DNA of 64,000 nucleotides. It comes from Octopus sinensis. Its lineage: Eukaryota. The notes beneath the pieces were generated by a model. It saw only the letters and a program-made list of their open reading frames with translations. It did not search any database and was not told the DNA's origin. Positions 36,232 through 49,577 of this stretch are shown here, in pieces (within the stretch, counting starts at the first letter, position 1; each line of letters opens with the position of its first letter). The position numbers and the translations under genes are program-made. The DNA lies in assembly GCF_006345805.1 (NCBI RefSeq), contig NC_042999.1, forward strand, positions 21,576,001-21,640,000, given 5' to 3'.

Positions 36232-36542
36232 TACAGCCTCAGAAATCTACCAAGATTTTATAATTCCCGAAGCTTCATTTCAGTGTATGTGCTATGAATC
36301 ATAAAAAACATTCTAGGCTGATTCATATTCACTAGACCTCAGTTTACGATTGTAGTAATACTCGAAGAGCAAATTGGGATTGAGATTTTAGATTAGACTC
36401 AGGGAAATCTTTTCTTGTGTCTAACTTCAAGTTGTGGGTATTTGGACGAACGGATTTCATCGTGACGTTTATTCTTCAATGAAACTATATGGATTTGGGG
36501 GAAAAATGGGTTTTGACTTGATTGTTGAAATAAAATTGAAGA

Positions 36543-36897
36543 AGGCGTAGGAGTGGCTGTGTGGTAAGTAGCTTGCTTACCAACCACATGGTTCCGGGTT
36601 CAGTCCAACTGCGTGGGACCTTGGGCAAGTGTTTCTACTATAGTCTCAGGCCGACCAAAGCCTTGTGAGTGGATTTGGTAAGCGGAAGCTGAAAGAAGCC
36701 CGTCGTATATATGTATATATGTATATATATGTAGGCGTAGGAGTAGCTGTGTGCTAAGTAGCTTGTTTACGAACCACATGGTTCCGGGTTCAGTCCTTCA
36801 GCGTGGCGCCTTGGGCAAGTGTCTTCTACTATAGCCTCGGGCCGACCAAAGACTTATGTGTGGATTTGGTAGACGGAAACTGAAAGAAGCCCGTCGT

Positions 36898-36929
<32 letters not shown>

Positions 36930-37155
36930 TTGTGTGTGTCTGTGTTTGCCCCCCCCCCCACAACATCACTTGCCAATCGATGCTAGTGTGTTTTCGACCC
37001 CGTAACTTAGCGTTTCGGCAAAAGTGACCGATAGAATAAGTACTAGGCTTACAAAGAATAAGTCCTGGGGTCGATTTGCTCGACTAAAGGCGGTGCTCCA
37101 ACATGGCCGCAGTCAAATGACTGAAACAATAAAAAAGTAAAGAGTAAAGAGTAAA
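36543..37155 (+). mobile_element. Double-headed SINE-A (head/core 36543-36710, then full copy 36732-37155)
   Basis: Two aggcgtaggagt...aagaagcccgtcgtata segments and one tail. Confidence 0.93.
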
Positions 37156-37597
37156 AAGAAAATAATATTGTATGTTATCTTTCGCAAGAAAGGATAAAAT
37201 ATAAACACATTCCCTGGGAGGGAGTCCAATTTTTGCTTCGTTTGCTTTGACTTTTATATATATAATTCTACTCTAAAACAAAAAATAAAAAGCCAGATAT
37301 CTAAACAAATGTATCGAGAGAATAAAACAAATCAACAATTAAGTCATTCATTTCCTTTTGCACATGTATTACCATTCACTTCTTTTTAGTTTACAACGAA
37401 CAGCATGCTGACTGCAGTCATCAGAATCGTGCTGTCACATGTACATGTACATGACATGTGATGTCATTTACAAAGTGCTGATTTTAATATTTTATCGCAG
37501 CATTTCATTTTCATCTACTCACATCGCATACAAGACTCAGCCATCAGGTGAAAATACACTTCGACTAAAGGTTATTCTACGACGACATACATGCACA

Positions 37598-37640
<43 letters not shown>

Positions 37641-37817
37641 AGAGAGAGAGAGAGAGAAAGATATCAGAGTCAGATTTACAGAAAACGAAAGAGAAAGCTT
37701 CCTACCACACATAGTCTCATGCTGCTTTGTGTTTCACCCCTAAGTGCATGGGGCTTGCAGGCAAGTTGCGACTCTCTCAATATATATATATATATAAAGA
37801 TAGATAAATAGATAGAG

Positions 37818-37855
<38 letters not shown>

Positions 37856-38345
37856 TTGTTTCCGTGCTTCCCTGTAGATAATGTAGGTGATGTGTCATGA
37901 TTTTGTAGATAAATCAAGAGCCTTTTCTCTGAGGAGGATTCGGTTCGGCCCAATAAGGTAACCAAAGAGGTGATTCATGTACAGTAGGTGAAAGATATAG
38001 GTTCTACTGGTAATATTGCAGAGTTGTTCGAGAGAAATTCCAGAACTTAGACTGAAGTAGAAATTCTTTGTAAAATATAAAACTAAATTATACTTACTGT
38101 TATAGAGCATAATTTTCTTTTCCTCTGTGCAAAGTTCTTGACGAAAGTGGATAAACCGCATCAGAAGGCCAATAATACCAGATCTGAAAAATTTTCCGTA
38201 ACACTGCTTTAATTCGACGACATAACAACTGCAGTCATACAGCATCCAATCCACAGGGAGAGACTGTATATATATATAAGAATATATATATGAGTGTATA
38301 TATATATATAGAGAGAGAGAGAGATAGCTACATAGATATATATAT

Positions 38346-38415
<70 letters not shown>

Positions 38416-38517
38416 TGATAGATAGATATATACATACATACATATATATAATATATATGTATATATAGATATATGTTTGTTTAACGGTCATTTTCATAGC
38501 ATTTTTTCCGATGGCCG

Positions 38518-38578
38518 GATAACTGAAGAGATGGCGGCGTGGATTTCCACCCCGACATCCGAAACTCGGAGTTTAATC
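38518..38578 (+). ncRNA. Type I hammerhead motif with extended stem II
   Basis: GATAA/TAATC (4 of 5 pairs), CTGAAGA (38523-29), stem II GATG-g-CGG-c-GTGGA-tt-TCCAC-c-CCG-a-CATC plus one extra C, GAAA (38561-64), stem III CTC-G-GAG, GUU triplet. Confidence 0.7.
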
Positions 38579-38669
38579 ATGGCTACCGAATAATTGTCAC
38601 ATATTACATTTACAGATAAATTCCTCGATTTACATAATATCGAGGTCTCTTTCATTGTTTTGTTGTCTT

Positions 38670-38752
38670 ACCATTTCTATCAATATATATATATATATAT
38701 ATAAGTATATATATATATATATATATATACTATATATATGTATGTATGTATG

Positions 38753-38787
<35 letters not shown>

Positions 38788-38947
38788 ATATACATATATG
38801 TATGTATTTATATATATATATTTATATATATATATATGTATGTATATATATTTATATATATACATATATACATATATACATGTATATATATATGTATGTA
38901 TGTATATATATACATACATATATATATTATATATTATATATATATAT

Positions 38948-39006
<59 letters not shown>

Positions 39007-39058
39007 TATATATATACATACATATACATACATATATATATATTATATATATATATAT

Positions 39059-39105
<47 letters not shown>

Positions 39106-39150
39106 GCACATATATATATACAAACAGATATACATACATACATATATATG
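38670..39150. repeat. Long interrupted (TA)n tract
   Basis: Direct read. Confidence 0.97.
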
Positions 39151-40189
39151 ATGGGATGAACGAATGGGTGGATAGATGAACGGAAGGACGAATGAATAAA
39201 TGGATATATGGATTGATAAATGGATGGATGGCTAAATAGATTCCTGTCTGTTGAAGTTTACTATTAATCTCATAGAATTCTAGTGATTATCCATGCTGAA
39301 GGAGACATTCACTTTTATCGCACTACCAAGCTTCCTGGCATGGTATTTTCTTTGAAAGTTGCGAATAGAATCTGATAAACTCGAAATTACGCCTGGATTT
39401 ATTTACTGTGTGTATATTTGTATCAATGTACATAAGCTCTGTGTGTGTATTTCTGTATGTGGAACTGAATAAATCTGTGCATCTGTGTTTTTTAAGAGCA
39501 CGTGTGTAGTATGTTACTTATGCTAGTATTGTCTGAATTTTTATCACCGTTGGTTGTTTTGTTTGTTTTTTATGTTTTCTTTTCTTTAAGTTTTATCAGT
39601 GTAACAAAAATGAAATATTCAAGACTGAGAAGACACGCTTTATCTTTATATATTGAATTATAAATGTTATGCGTTTGGATGAGTAATCACAAGGGTATTG
39701 GACGATTCGACTAAAATTCAAGTGACACGTAAATATTTTCTTTGTTTATGTGTTTTCCTGGAACAATGAAAGAAAGTAAGAATACAAAAAAACATAATAT
39801 ATGCTTCATATTGATGCGTGTCTGCGAGGAGAAATAGCAAAATACATAAAAATATAAAATACTGAAATTCTAGACTTGACTTTGATATCTTCCGGTTTGA
39901 TCTGACAGAAATCATTTATTTCACTGAATCTTATGTTGTTCTGACGAATCCAACAAAATATTTAACTTCCAATTTGAGATAAATATAGAATTTAGATTGA
40001 TCATTGCTTGTAAGAAATAATTTTTAACCATCACAAGGATTATTTTTTTTCGTTTTTAGCTTTGTTTTTTTTTCTATTTTTAATTATTCTTTGAAAATAC
40101 AAGCGAAAGTTAAAGAGTGAATAATGTATGAGACAGCAGACGGAGTGTTACTGAATAGAAATATGACGTAAATCATTCGTAAAAATTGG

Positions 40190-40430
40190 CACTTCGTCAC
40201 TTACGACGATGAGTGTACTCAACGTAGTGCTCAGGGAGATTCAGTGTGACATGGAATATGATAAGGATAGCACTTTGAATTACAGGTTCACCTCATTTTT
40301 GCAAGCTAAGTGGACTGGAGCAGCTTGAAATAAAATGTGGTGCTCAAAAGACAAAGCACTTCGCCAGGAATCGAACTCTCAACCTTACGATCGTGATTCG
40401 AATATCCTAAATATTTGGACCACAGGCCTT
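40190..40430 (-). mobile_element. Old SINE with head D plus tail Y
   Basis: cgtcacttacgacgatgag...gtggactggagcagc...gaatcgaactc. Confidence 0.65.
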
Positions 40431-40460
40431 CTCGATGATTTCGTAATATCAATGAACAAA

Positions 40461-40925
40461 TGGAAGCGCAATGGCTCAGTGGTTAGGACAGCGGAGTCGC
40501 GGTCGTGGGATCACAGTTTCGATACCCAGACCGGACGTTGTGGTGATTATTGAGCGAAAACTCCTAAAGCTCCATGAGGTTCCGGCAAGGTTTGGTGGCG
40601 AACCTTGCTGTACTCTTTCACCACAACCTTCTCTCATTCTTTCTTTGTTTCTGCTGTACCTGTATTTCAAAGGGCCAGCCTTGTCACACTCTGTGTCACG
40701 CTGAAACTCCCCGAGAACTACGTTACGAGTACAAGTGACTGTGGAGTGTTCAGCCACTTGCACGTTAATTTCACGAGCAGGCTGTTCCGTTGATCAGATC
40801 AGTTGGAACCTTAGTTTCATCGACCCCGTATCCAACTAGTACTCATTTTATCATTTCGGATAGGATAAAAGGCAAAGTCGACCTCGACGGAATTGGGACT
40901 TGAACATTAAGATGAACGAAATCCC
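40461..40925 (+). mobile_element. SINE head C plus tail Y (40461-40811), abutting a minus-strand SINE-B fragment
   Basis: tggaagcgcaatggctcagtggttagg...ggctgttccgttgatcagatcagttggaacc. Confidence 0.88.
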
Positions 40926-43120
40926 CCTAGTCTGGCCCTCGAAGGGGACAAACGCTTATACAACTTAGCGTGACTTTTTAACAGAAATCTGGTCTCCATT
41001 TTACTATTGATATCCATGCCTTTTGCAGCTAGAAGATATCCACAGACTGTGCTTACGAATCGATCCGACTATTGTTACTGTCAATGCAATGTTTGATCGA
41101 ATCGTATAATGCAAATGTACAAGTTCTTTTAGTGAAGTAAATATTCAAAAGCAAGTTTCTTTACTTCTAAGAACTACGTTATAAAGATAACACACGAACA
41201 CCTACACATATACGTGTGCGTGTTGTGTGTATAATTGTATTCACACACATGCACACATATTACATATAACTAAATAATTATACACAGACACAGTAACATA
41301 TATGTATGCGCGTTTGTATTTGTTCGTGTAAGTGTGTGTGTGTATGTATGTATGTATCAGTGATGTTTCCTGGAGGCTAATAATCAGTGTCTCATATCAG
41401 GCTGAAATGAAATTCGTTTCCCATGCGCATAACAGAAACCTACGTTACGATGCAAGCAACATCGTTTGACTACACAGATATTCATGCATATCAATAAAAC
41501 CAAATAATCTTATTTTTATTCTAACTTTTCCTCGGTTTAATATTAATAGGATTACCGATAATATTCAAAATGGAAAGTAAACTTATAAGGTTTATCAGAA
41601 CTTTAAGATATAATAGACCTTCTAGCAGTTTCGAACAGTTAAATATAAATAATTCTTCGCAAAATCAATAAATAGTATTATTTATTTGCCTTCAGTCCTG
41701 AAAATGTTGATACCATCATGACTACACAAACAGTATTAAGATGATATTTTCACTTTGACAATTTAAATGAATATTAAATTATATGAATTTTTGGAAACTT
41801 CCAAAATGGTATTACTTGGAATTAGATACAGTGCATAATAATTCGGATTATTTTTTTAACGGCAAATATTTTTGTACATACATGTGGAAGTAAAACTAAA
41901 AACATAAATAATGGAGGTTTGATTGCGATTAAAGTAGTTTCGTTGTATATTAAGAGAAATGATTTGCCAGAATCTGAAAAGAAAATACCAATTACACAAA
42001 CAAAACAAACAGAAAGACACGAGTTTTATTGATTGGATTAAAGTTATAAGCCTTTTATTTGTTCGTCGTTGCTCACTCTGCATAAAAGAGTAGTTAAGTC
42101 ACTCTAAAATCACAACCTATCATCTCCGAAAATATGTCGGGTGATGTGATCCTAAGTACACTGCACGTGGGGGAAATGTTATTGTGACAGATGGAATTGG
42201 ATACTGTTTATTTGACCTCTGGGCTGCTGCTCGAAGAAAGATCATATGTCTAAGCAAAAATAGCCAAGGATATTTTAATGATCAGCACGCCAGCCGAGAG
42301 TTAAAGGTCAAGTGAAATTTGAACGTCGATAGATATAATACAAAGATTCCTGTCCCATTTCTCTTGTTACACATCAGAAGCCCTATAGACAGGAACAGCA
42401 ACAACAACAATAAAGTCAGAAACGTTCATATACAATAAACTGAGAAAGTGAAGACAAGTGAGATCGGTTGGAAAAGTGTTAGGAGTAATGACAAGATAAA
42501 GTTATATCGATTTACAGATTCACAAAATCTGGTTCTTAGACCAAAGGCAAGGTAGAGATGAAGTGCAAGATTGGAGCAACTACAAACAGAAAGTAACCTA
42601 ATCAGTGAAGACTGCAACAACAACAAAAAATCGATTACAAAGTCTGTAATTTTTTGTCTGCATTCGACATAATTAAGTTCTAGATGGAGTTAAGATTTTC
42701 AGTTAGAAATCCGTTTACTTGTAGTTAAAAGTCCTTGTTTACTCCAGTTATCTTACTGTGACAGGTTTAACGATCAAGTTAAGTGGGGTTTGCTGGGTAA
42801 GCAGGCACGAAAAACACAAAAAATATTGGCACATTGACATACAAGGGTATGTCAAAATCCTTCTTTACATGCAATATATTTTTCTCATCGTAAAATAACG
42901 AGGATGAGGCTATGAAACCAAAATGTTGTATCTGTCGCGAAAAGAAAAAAAGACCAGCGGCAATCGGGTATTTCAGAAGTTCAGATAACTTGAGTAAGAC
43001 TTAGAAAACGCGTTAGTAATCCTTTCGTCACCACATAAACCACAGCTATATAATATACAGCAAGAACCAGCAGCAGTATAGTTCTACTGGAAGAACTGGA
43101 TTGATGAGCACAAATAGAAT

Positions 43121-43630
43121 TGTTTTATTATTACCCACAAGGGGCAAACATAGAGGGGACAATACAATCTGATGTGGGGTCAGATTAACGAATGGGTTTA
43201 CAAAAATGGCGAATTTAAAAATTTACAAAATTACAAAAATATCAAAAATCGAATGAGGAACAGACCGGAAGATATTACGGATGGAGTGGGAGCGGGTTTA
43301 GCTCGGACCCCACGAGCCCCGCCTTCCCACTGATACTTTGGTTTCATCTAGTTTTACATTTATGTGGTATCATCCACTCGCAACTTTCGTGCTACATCTT
43401 TCCATCGTTCTTCATACACTCTCTTAGTCAGGCATTTTCTCTCCAGCCCTATCTTCCTTTTCAGGTGAAAGATGAAGTAATTCATCAAACCAGGGCCGGA
43501 GATGAACTTGCCTGACCGTAAACCTTTCATTCTCGTCTTCCATATCACCTCTTTCGCAATTGCTACTACAACGAGAAAACACTGGTGGGTCAATTTTTGT
43601 AATAGACTCAGTCGACAGCTGTACTCTTCG
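43121..43630 (-). mobile_element. 5'-truncated Tx1/L1-like LINE insertion with a 19-bp TSD
   Basis: TSD TGATGAGCACAAATAGAAT at 43102-43120 and 43631-43649. ORF2 end RVQLSTESITKIDPP...AKEVIWKTRMKGL...FIFHLKRKIGLERKCL...RWKDVARK. Clade assignment is from recall. Confidence 0.85.
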
Positions 43631-43930
43631 TGATGAGCACAAATAGAATGACAATCTATTCAAGACGGAGCTAAAATCATAAACACAAATAAAACCAAAA
43701 ACATGAAAACCACAAAACACATCAGTTATCGCATGAAAAAGTAACAAATAAACCAGTCATAAAAAAACATCAGCTACACGTTGAACCAATGCAACACTGT
43801 TAAGAGAATACAAGAACAACAAGAGAGAAATATTTCGCTTTTGGATTTGGTTTTCAAGATTCTTTATATGAGTTCGTGTGTTGAAGCATATTCTGTTGTG
43901 TCTGGTGAGAATCATTTTCTTTTTGTGCCT

Positions 43931-44127
43931 TATAATGTAACACACTCACCGGTAAAATTTCCACTTTTTTCTTATTTTTATTTTCCTAAAATTTTCGTTG
44001 CGTCTTGAAACCTATAATTTCAATAGAGTCAAGACTATTGAAAAGGTTGCAAGACGCAACGAAAATTTTAGGAAAATAAAAGTAAGAAAAAAAGTGGAAT
44101 TTTTACCGGTGAGTGTGTTATATTATA
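43931..44127. repeat. 197-bp near-perfect palindrome containing an HHR-like motif
   Basis: Arm tataatgtaacacactcaccggtaaaatt... and its reverse complement; axis near 44030. Confidence 0.95.
44035..44071 (+). ncRNA. Hammerhead-like motif with U3-A8 variant core
   Basis: CTA/TAG stem I, TTGAAAA plus G, stem II GTTGC/GCAAC, GAAA, palindromic AATT stem III. Confidence 0.45.
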
Positions 44128-44954
44128 AAGCGCAAACAGAAAATGACTCTTCCCAGATACAAGAGAGAACTAGATATATAGAATATACACCGGAAATAAT
44201 GACATACTAAACAAACAACAGTAACACTTAGCATCCAGTAACCGTAACTCTGCAGTTTTGCTTTTACATGAAGAACTCACTGTGAGTTGATAGAGTGCAT
44301 CAAGCCACACGAGTCAACTTACGTGGTAAAGAGGTCTTGAGGTACTCCTCCCAAAAATGCCAAATATCATCGAGGGTTAACAAAACAAATTTTCTCATAA
44401 TTGTGGGTAGGAATCGGACCAAATTTACAAACATGTCTCAAATCTCAGTAAAAAATGATTTGCGAGTAGGCAACACCTCAAATACCAGCTAGAAATAACA
44501 AAAGTATGTGTAGTCTTTCAAAGCTAACCGGTGCATCTGGATGCCTTTTACCTTAGGCTAATTGGGGAAGTCTAATTTTTAGCTTCCTTTTACTCGAGCG
44601 TGTGTCACAAATCACAAGGTCTATCTGAAAACAAATCACCAGGTCTATCTGAAAAACAACATTGGAGCTCGTATTTCAGACGGTATTGTTGACGTGACTC
44701 TAAAAGAAGAACGAGTCTGCGCACGTTGCGTCTGAAATACTGATGCATACCTCTCTAACAGTCGACAATAACGGCTGCTGGGACTTCAACAGACAAACAT
44801 TACGAATTTCTCGACGAAAACAAGTGGCAACGAGAATCAACTGGTTTGTCATTTCTGGACGAGTTTCATCCAAAGGATTATCGATCATTTTCACAAATTC
44901 CTGAATATTAGAAACGAAAGCATCTCACTTTAAACTTCCTCAAGCACGGAGGTA

Positions 44955-45645
44955 ACGTCAAGCAATAACATCCAAGATCCGCACAGAGCAAGGATACCGT
45001 CCTGCATACATTCGTTCAGATACATGTAAGCACTAGAAAATCGATACACCTGCTAACTGGTATGAACACAATCCTGAGCCAGTCGTTGAAGGTAAAAATG
45101 TCACCCTCCGGGGTAACACGTTCTAGTCAACACTGTCAGAATAATCCAGGTTAATAAAACAGACATAATTGTTAAAGACAGAGAAGGAAACACTTGTAGA
45201 CTTGTAGATATGTCTCCACTGATAAAAATATATCTGTAAAGGAATTTGATGCGCTTATTAAATTATAAGGACCTAGAAATTGAAATATAAATGATGTAGC
45301 ATCTTAAAGGAAGAACTGTTTCTGTTGTTGTAGGTACCCTAGGCATCATAAAAAAAGAGATATCAGAAACATTTAGAAAACATCCCAGGAGAACCATATC
45401 TCACAGAAACAAGAAGATTGTGCTAACAAATACCGCCAACATTCTCAGAAAATCCTTATCAATTTAAATGTTTGTACTGTATTATGTGAACGTATGTTTG
45501 TACTACCCGCCTCACTTCCCTTCCTTTAAGTTATATTTCAACATATCTTATCTTTCACTGGCTCTACGGTGCTGGATGTGTTCCCACCTGTGATTGCATC
45601 AAACATGCAGAGTAAATAAAAAATGATGATGATGATGAAATTGAT
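44955..45645 (+). mobile_element. R4/Dong-like 3' end, family 5, old
   Basis: WYEHNPEPVVEGKNVTL...NKTDIIVKD...YKDLEIEI...VVVGTLGIIKK...VLTNTANILRKSLSI*; ends in (TGA)n. Confidence 0.8.
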
Positions 45646-46153
45646 TTTATAATTTTAGTAGGTCAGAAATTTTAGCGGAAGAGCTAGTCGATTACATCAA
45701 CCCTAGTATGTGGCTGGTGTTTTATTATGTTGACCAATAAACATTGAAAGGTAAAGTTTACTGATGCGGAATTTGAACTCATAACGCAAATATCTGAAAG
45801 AAATATCCATAAGCATTTTTTACGATGCCCTAAGGATTCTGTCAATTTGCTGCCCTTTAATAATGCGTTTGTTGATTTGGGAGAGTTGTTTGAAACGATG
45901 TTGTACAAAACTCAACGAAAGTATGTATTGCAATTTTTAACATTATTTGGTGAAACATTAATGATACTAATGCATTTACGTTGCCGTATGGCAAGATCTT
46001 TATTGTACCGTTCGGAGAAGGGAATGGATAAAAATCAAGACCACTGGGTAGTCTGATGGTAAAGTTGGATACTAATGAAGATAAACGATATCATAGGAAA
46101 GATATAAATATAAATATTTATTAAAAAGATATAAATAGAAAAGATATATAATA

Positions 46154-46346
46154 AGGCGTAGGAGTGGCTGTGTGGAAAGTAGCTTGCTTACAAGCCACAT
46201 GGTTCCGGGTTCAATCCCACTGCGTGGGACTTTGGGCAGGTGTCTTCTACTATAGCCTCTGGCTAACCAAAGCCTTGTGAGTGGATTTGATAGATGGAAA
46301 CTGAAAGAAGCCCGTCGTATATATGCATATATATATATATACACAG

Positions 46347-46423
<77 letters not shown>

Positions 46424-46890
46424 TGTATATTTCTTTACTACCCACAAGGGGCTAAACACAGAGGGGATAAACAAGGACAGACAAACGGATTAAGTCGATT
46501 ACATCGAACCCAGTGCGTAACTGGTACTTAATTTATCGACCCCGAAAGGATGAAAGGCAAAGTCGACCTCGGCGGAATTTGAATTCAGAACGTAACGGCA
46601 GACGAAATACAGCTACGCATTTCGCCCGGCGTGCTAACTTTGCAGCCAGCTCGCCACCTAAATATATATATATGTATGAGTGTGTCTGTGTTTGTCCCCC
46701 CAACATCACTTGACAACTGATGTTGGTGAGTTTACGTCCCCGTAACTTAGCAGTTTGGCAAAAGAGCCCAATAGAATAAGTAATAGGCTTACAAAGAAAA
46801 AGTCCAGGTGTCGATTTGCTCGACTAAAGGTGGTGCTCCAGCATGGCCACAGTCAATTGACAGAAACAAGTAAAAGAGAGTATAAAAGTA
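46154..46890 (+). mobile_element. SINE-A interrupted by a nested SINE-B
   Basis: A head at 46154-46320, (TA)n, B on the minus strand at 46428-46660, then the A 3' half to 46890. Confidence 0.92.
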
Positions 46891-47260
46891 AGACGAAAAA
46901 GTAGAATCAAGGTAAACCATAAAGAAAGGGACACGAGATGGAAAGAAAGGTGAAGAAAAGAGAATTAGGAAAAGTTCCATAGAAGTGAAGCAGTCGTTAT
47001 TTCGTATCTAGGTTTGTTAATTCCCATATCATACAGCGGAGATTATACGTAATTAGTATTCGAAGAGTAAGTGTTCAGAGGGTTATCTTATCTTTAGTAC
47101 TTAATTTAGTTGAAGTAATAACCAAATGTTTTTGTAATTTATTTTTCTCGTCTTTAGTTTGTAGTCATTTGTACGTATTTATACTCTAGTGTAACCCAGT
47201 CGTTGTTGATGTTTTATCTTTACTCTTTCATGTAAAACGTCGGTATTAATTATGCCTGTT

Positions 47261-47600
47261 AAGGGGAAGAGCTGGCAGAATCGTTACCATGACTGGCAAA
47301 ATTCTTCGCGGTATTTCGTCTACAGATACGTTCTGAGTTCAAATTCCGCCGAGGTCGACTTTGCCTTTCATCCTTTCGGGGTCGATTAAATAAGTACCAG
47401 TTACACACTGGGGTCGATATAATCGACTTAATCCGTTTGTTTGTCCGTGTTCTCTCTGTGTTTAGCCCTTTGTGGGTAGTAAAGAAATAGGCATTTGGTC
47501 TGCCTTTACGTTCTGAGTTTAAATTCCGCCGAGGTTGATTTTGCCTTTTCTCCTTTCGAGTTTCATAAAATAACTACTAGTTGTGCAATGAGCTTAGTGC
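47261..47600 (+). mobile_element. SINE-B (head, one unit and a partial second unit)
   Basis: gagctggcagaatcgtt...gagttcaaattccgccgagg occurs twice. Confidence 0.9.
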
Positions 47601-47787
47601 CAAAATTTGAAACCAATTCCTTGACAATTTAACGACCGGTTCCAATTATACTCGGCTCAATGAGACTTCTGATGATTTTCTTGTGTTGCATACACCATCA
47701 AACAATTCATAACTGATAAATGGTCAAAATCTCCTTTCCTAGTTTATATCTGTACTTTGTCCGAATACTTTTTTTATTTGTACGCCG

Positions 47788-48080
47788 TTTTCAAGCCTAG
47801 CCAGGCTCATGGGTCCGGTTTCCCGGTTTCTATGGCGTATGTGTTCCCTCCAGCTGGACGGGACACCAGTCCATCGCAGCGTTACTCAAGAAGCAGGAAG
47901 AAAGAGTTAGAGAAACGTGGGGCGAAAGAGTACAACAGGGGTCGCCATCACCTTCTGCCAGAGCCTCGTGAAGCTTTAGGTGTTTTCGCTCAATAAACAC
48001 ACACAACGCCCGGTCTGGGAATCGAAACCGCAATACTCCGTCCGCGAGTCTGCTGCCCTAACCACTGGACCATTGCACCT
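47788..48080 (-). mobile_element. SINE with head C plus tail X
   Basis: Head caatggtccagtggttagggcagc; tail gctgcgatggactggtgtcccgtccag...gaaaccgggaaaccggacccatgagcctggctagg. Confidence 0.85.
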
Positions 48081-48298
48081 GCACATGTCCGAATAGTGTG
48101 TTGGCTAAAATTCTTGTACTAAAAAAAAAAAAAGAAACCGAAATGAGGAGTCACATCATTATATTTCCCTTCAACTTATTGTTTTTTTCTCTTATAATTC
48201 TTTTTTTTTTCTTTGCCTAAATTTTGACAACTGCTTTCCATTCAGACAAACGTTTTCATCATTAACATATCGACGACGACGCCGTCATAAGCGGAAAG

Positions 48299-48620
48299 TG
48301 TAACCTCTCGAAAGAGCTGTTCTTCACTCCTGCTTCAGAGCGTCGGCTGCGAGGTCACTCCGGAAAGCTCTGTCTGCGACGATTTCATCTGAATCGAAGG
48401 AGAGGGGTTTTCTCCGTCCGGGTGGCGGATCCGTGGAATAAGCTGCCGGACGAGATAGTGAAGATGCCGACGACGGCTCGGTTCAAAGTCTCTCTTGACC
48501 AGAAATGGCCTGAACTCTTTGCATGAACACCCCTGTACATAACTCCATGTCCCCCTACATGGCCTTGCTTTTTGCTTTTTGAGCCAAAAAATTAACTTAA
48601 CTTAACTAACTTAACTTATA
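48299..48620 (+). mobile_element. CR1-like LINE 3' end
   Basis: RLRGHSGKL...FSVRVADPWNKLPDEIV...FKVSLDQKWPELFA*; tail (CTTAA)n. Confidence 0.85.
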
Positions 48621-49577
48621 TCGACAAGATAAGACTATCGGAAACATTATTATAGAAATAACTGCATTATTTAATGCATTTATGCATTCTCATACAAGGG
48701 AACTTTTGTCGAAGCCTCATTCCCATTTGAAAGTATTTAAAGGTAGTGAAAATGAGAAACTCAGAAAACACATCTGGTATTATTTCTTTAGATTCTCAAT
48801 TCCACTTATTTCGAAATACAGCTTCGTTTTCCATCGTTCTGTGATGAATAAAACAGAACGTATCAAATTCTGAGAGCCGAATTAATAATCGTCTGCACCT
48901 TCCGACAAATATGATGGCTGTGGGCCTAAGTTCAAATCAGTGATATTGCATTTGAATTTTTCTTTTTTTTATGACAAACAGTTGTTTAGTTGTTTTAGGA
49001 GTGTGTACCATTTGGAGTTCAATGCTTAGTGAACCTTCGGAATTAAAATAAGTATTTTTGTTGTCTTGTTTATATTTGAAGCGTCATGCCAGTGTTATTT
49101 TTGGCGCTTTCAGTAGATCGATGAATACTTTTAGAAGTACTTTCTGGATACTTGATAAATATTTCAGCCAAAAGTTAAGAACTTTGCAACTTCTGGAGGT
49201 TTTCCAACTGCTTATATTTTTTATTGTCTGGACAGATATTTGCGTTATTATTTTCCCCGATTGTTTTAGCGGTCGCTTTTACTATTTTCGTCCGTAACTC
49301 TCCGATCGCTATATAAAGATCATCATCTCAGTGTATTCTAATTTTTTCAGTTTTTCTTTTGTTTTTGCTTTTGTTGTTGATGTTGTTATGTGTTAACAGA
49401 GTTCTAAATGAAGTCGGTTTAAATTTGTTATATCCGGTAACATTTTATTGTTCACTGATGTATCCTAAGTTTTAATACATATAGGATTAGTGAGAACTTC
49501 TTGAACAAGACTCATTTTAAATTTACGCATTTCTTTGTTAGAATATCTTTTCATTCGTTTCGGTACAACAGAATGAT

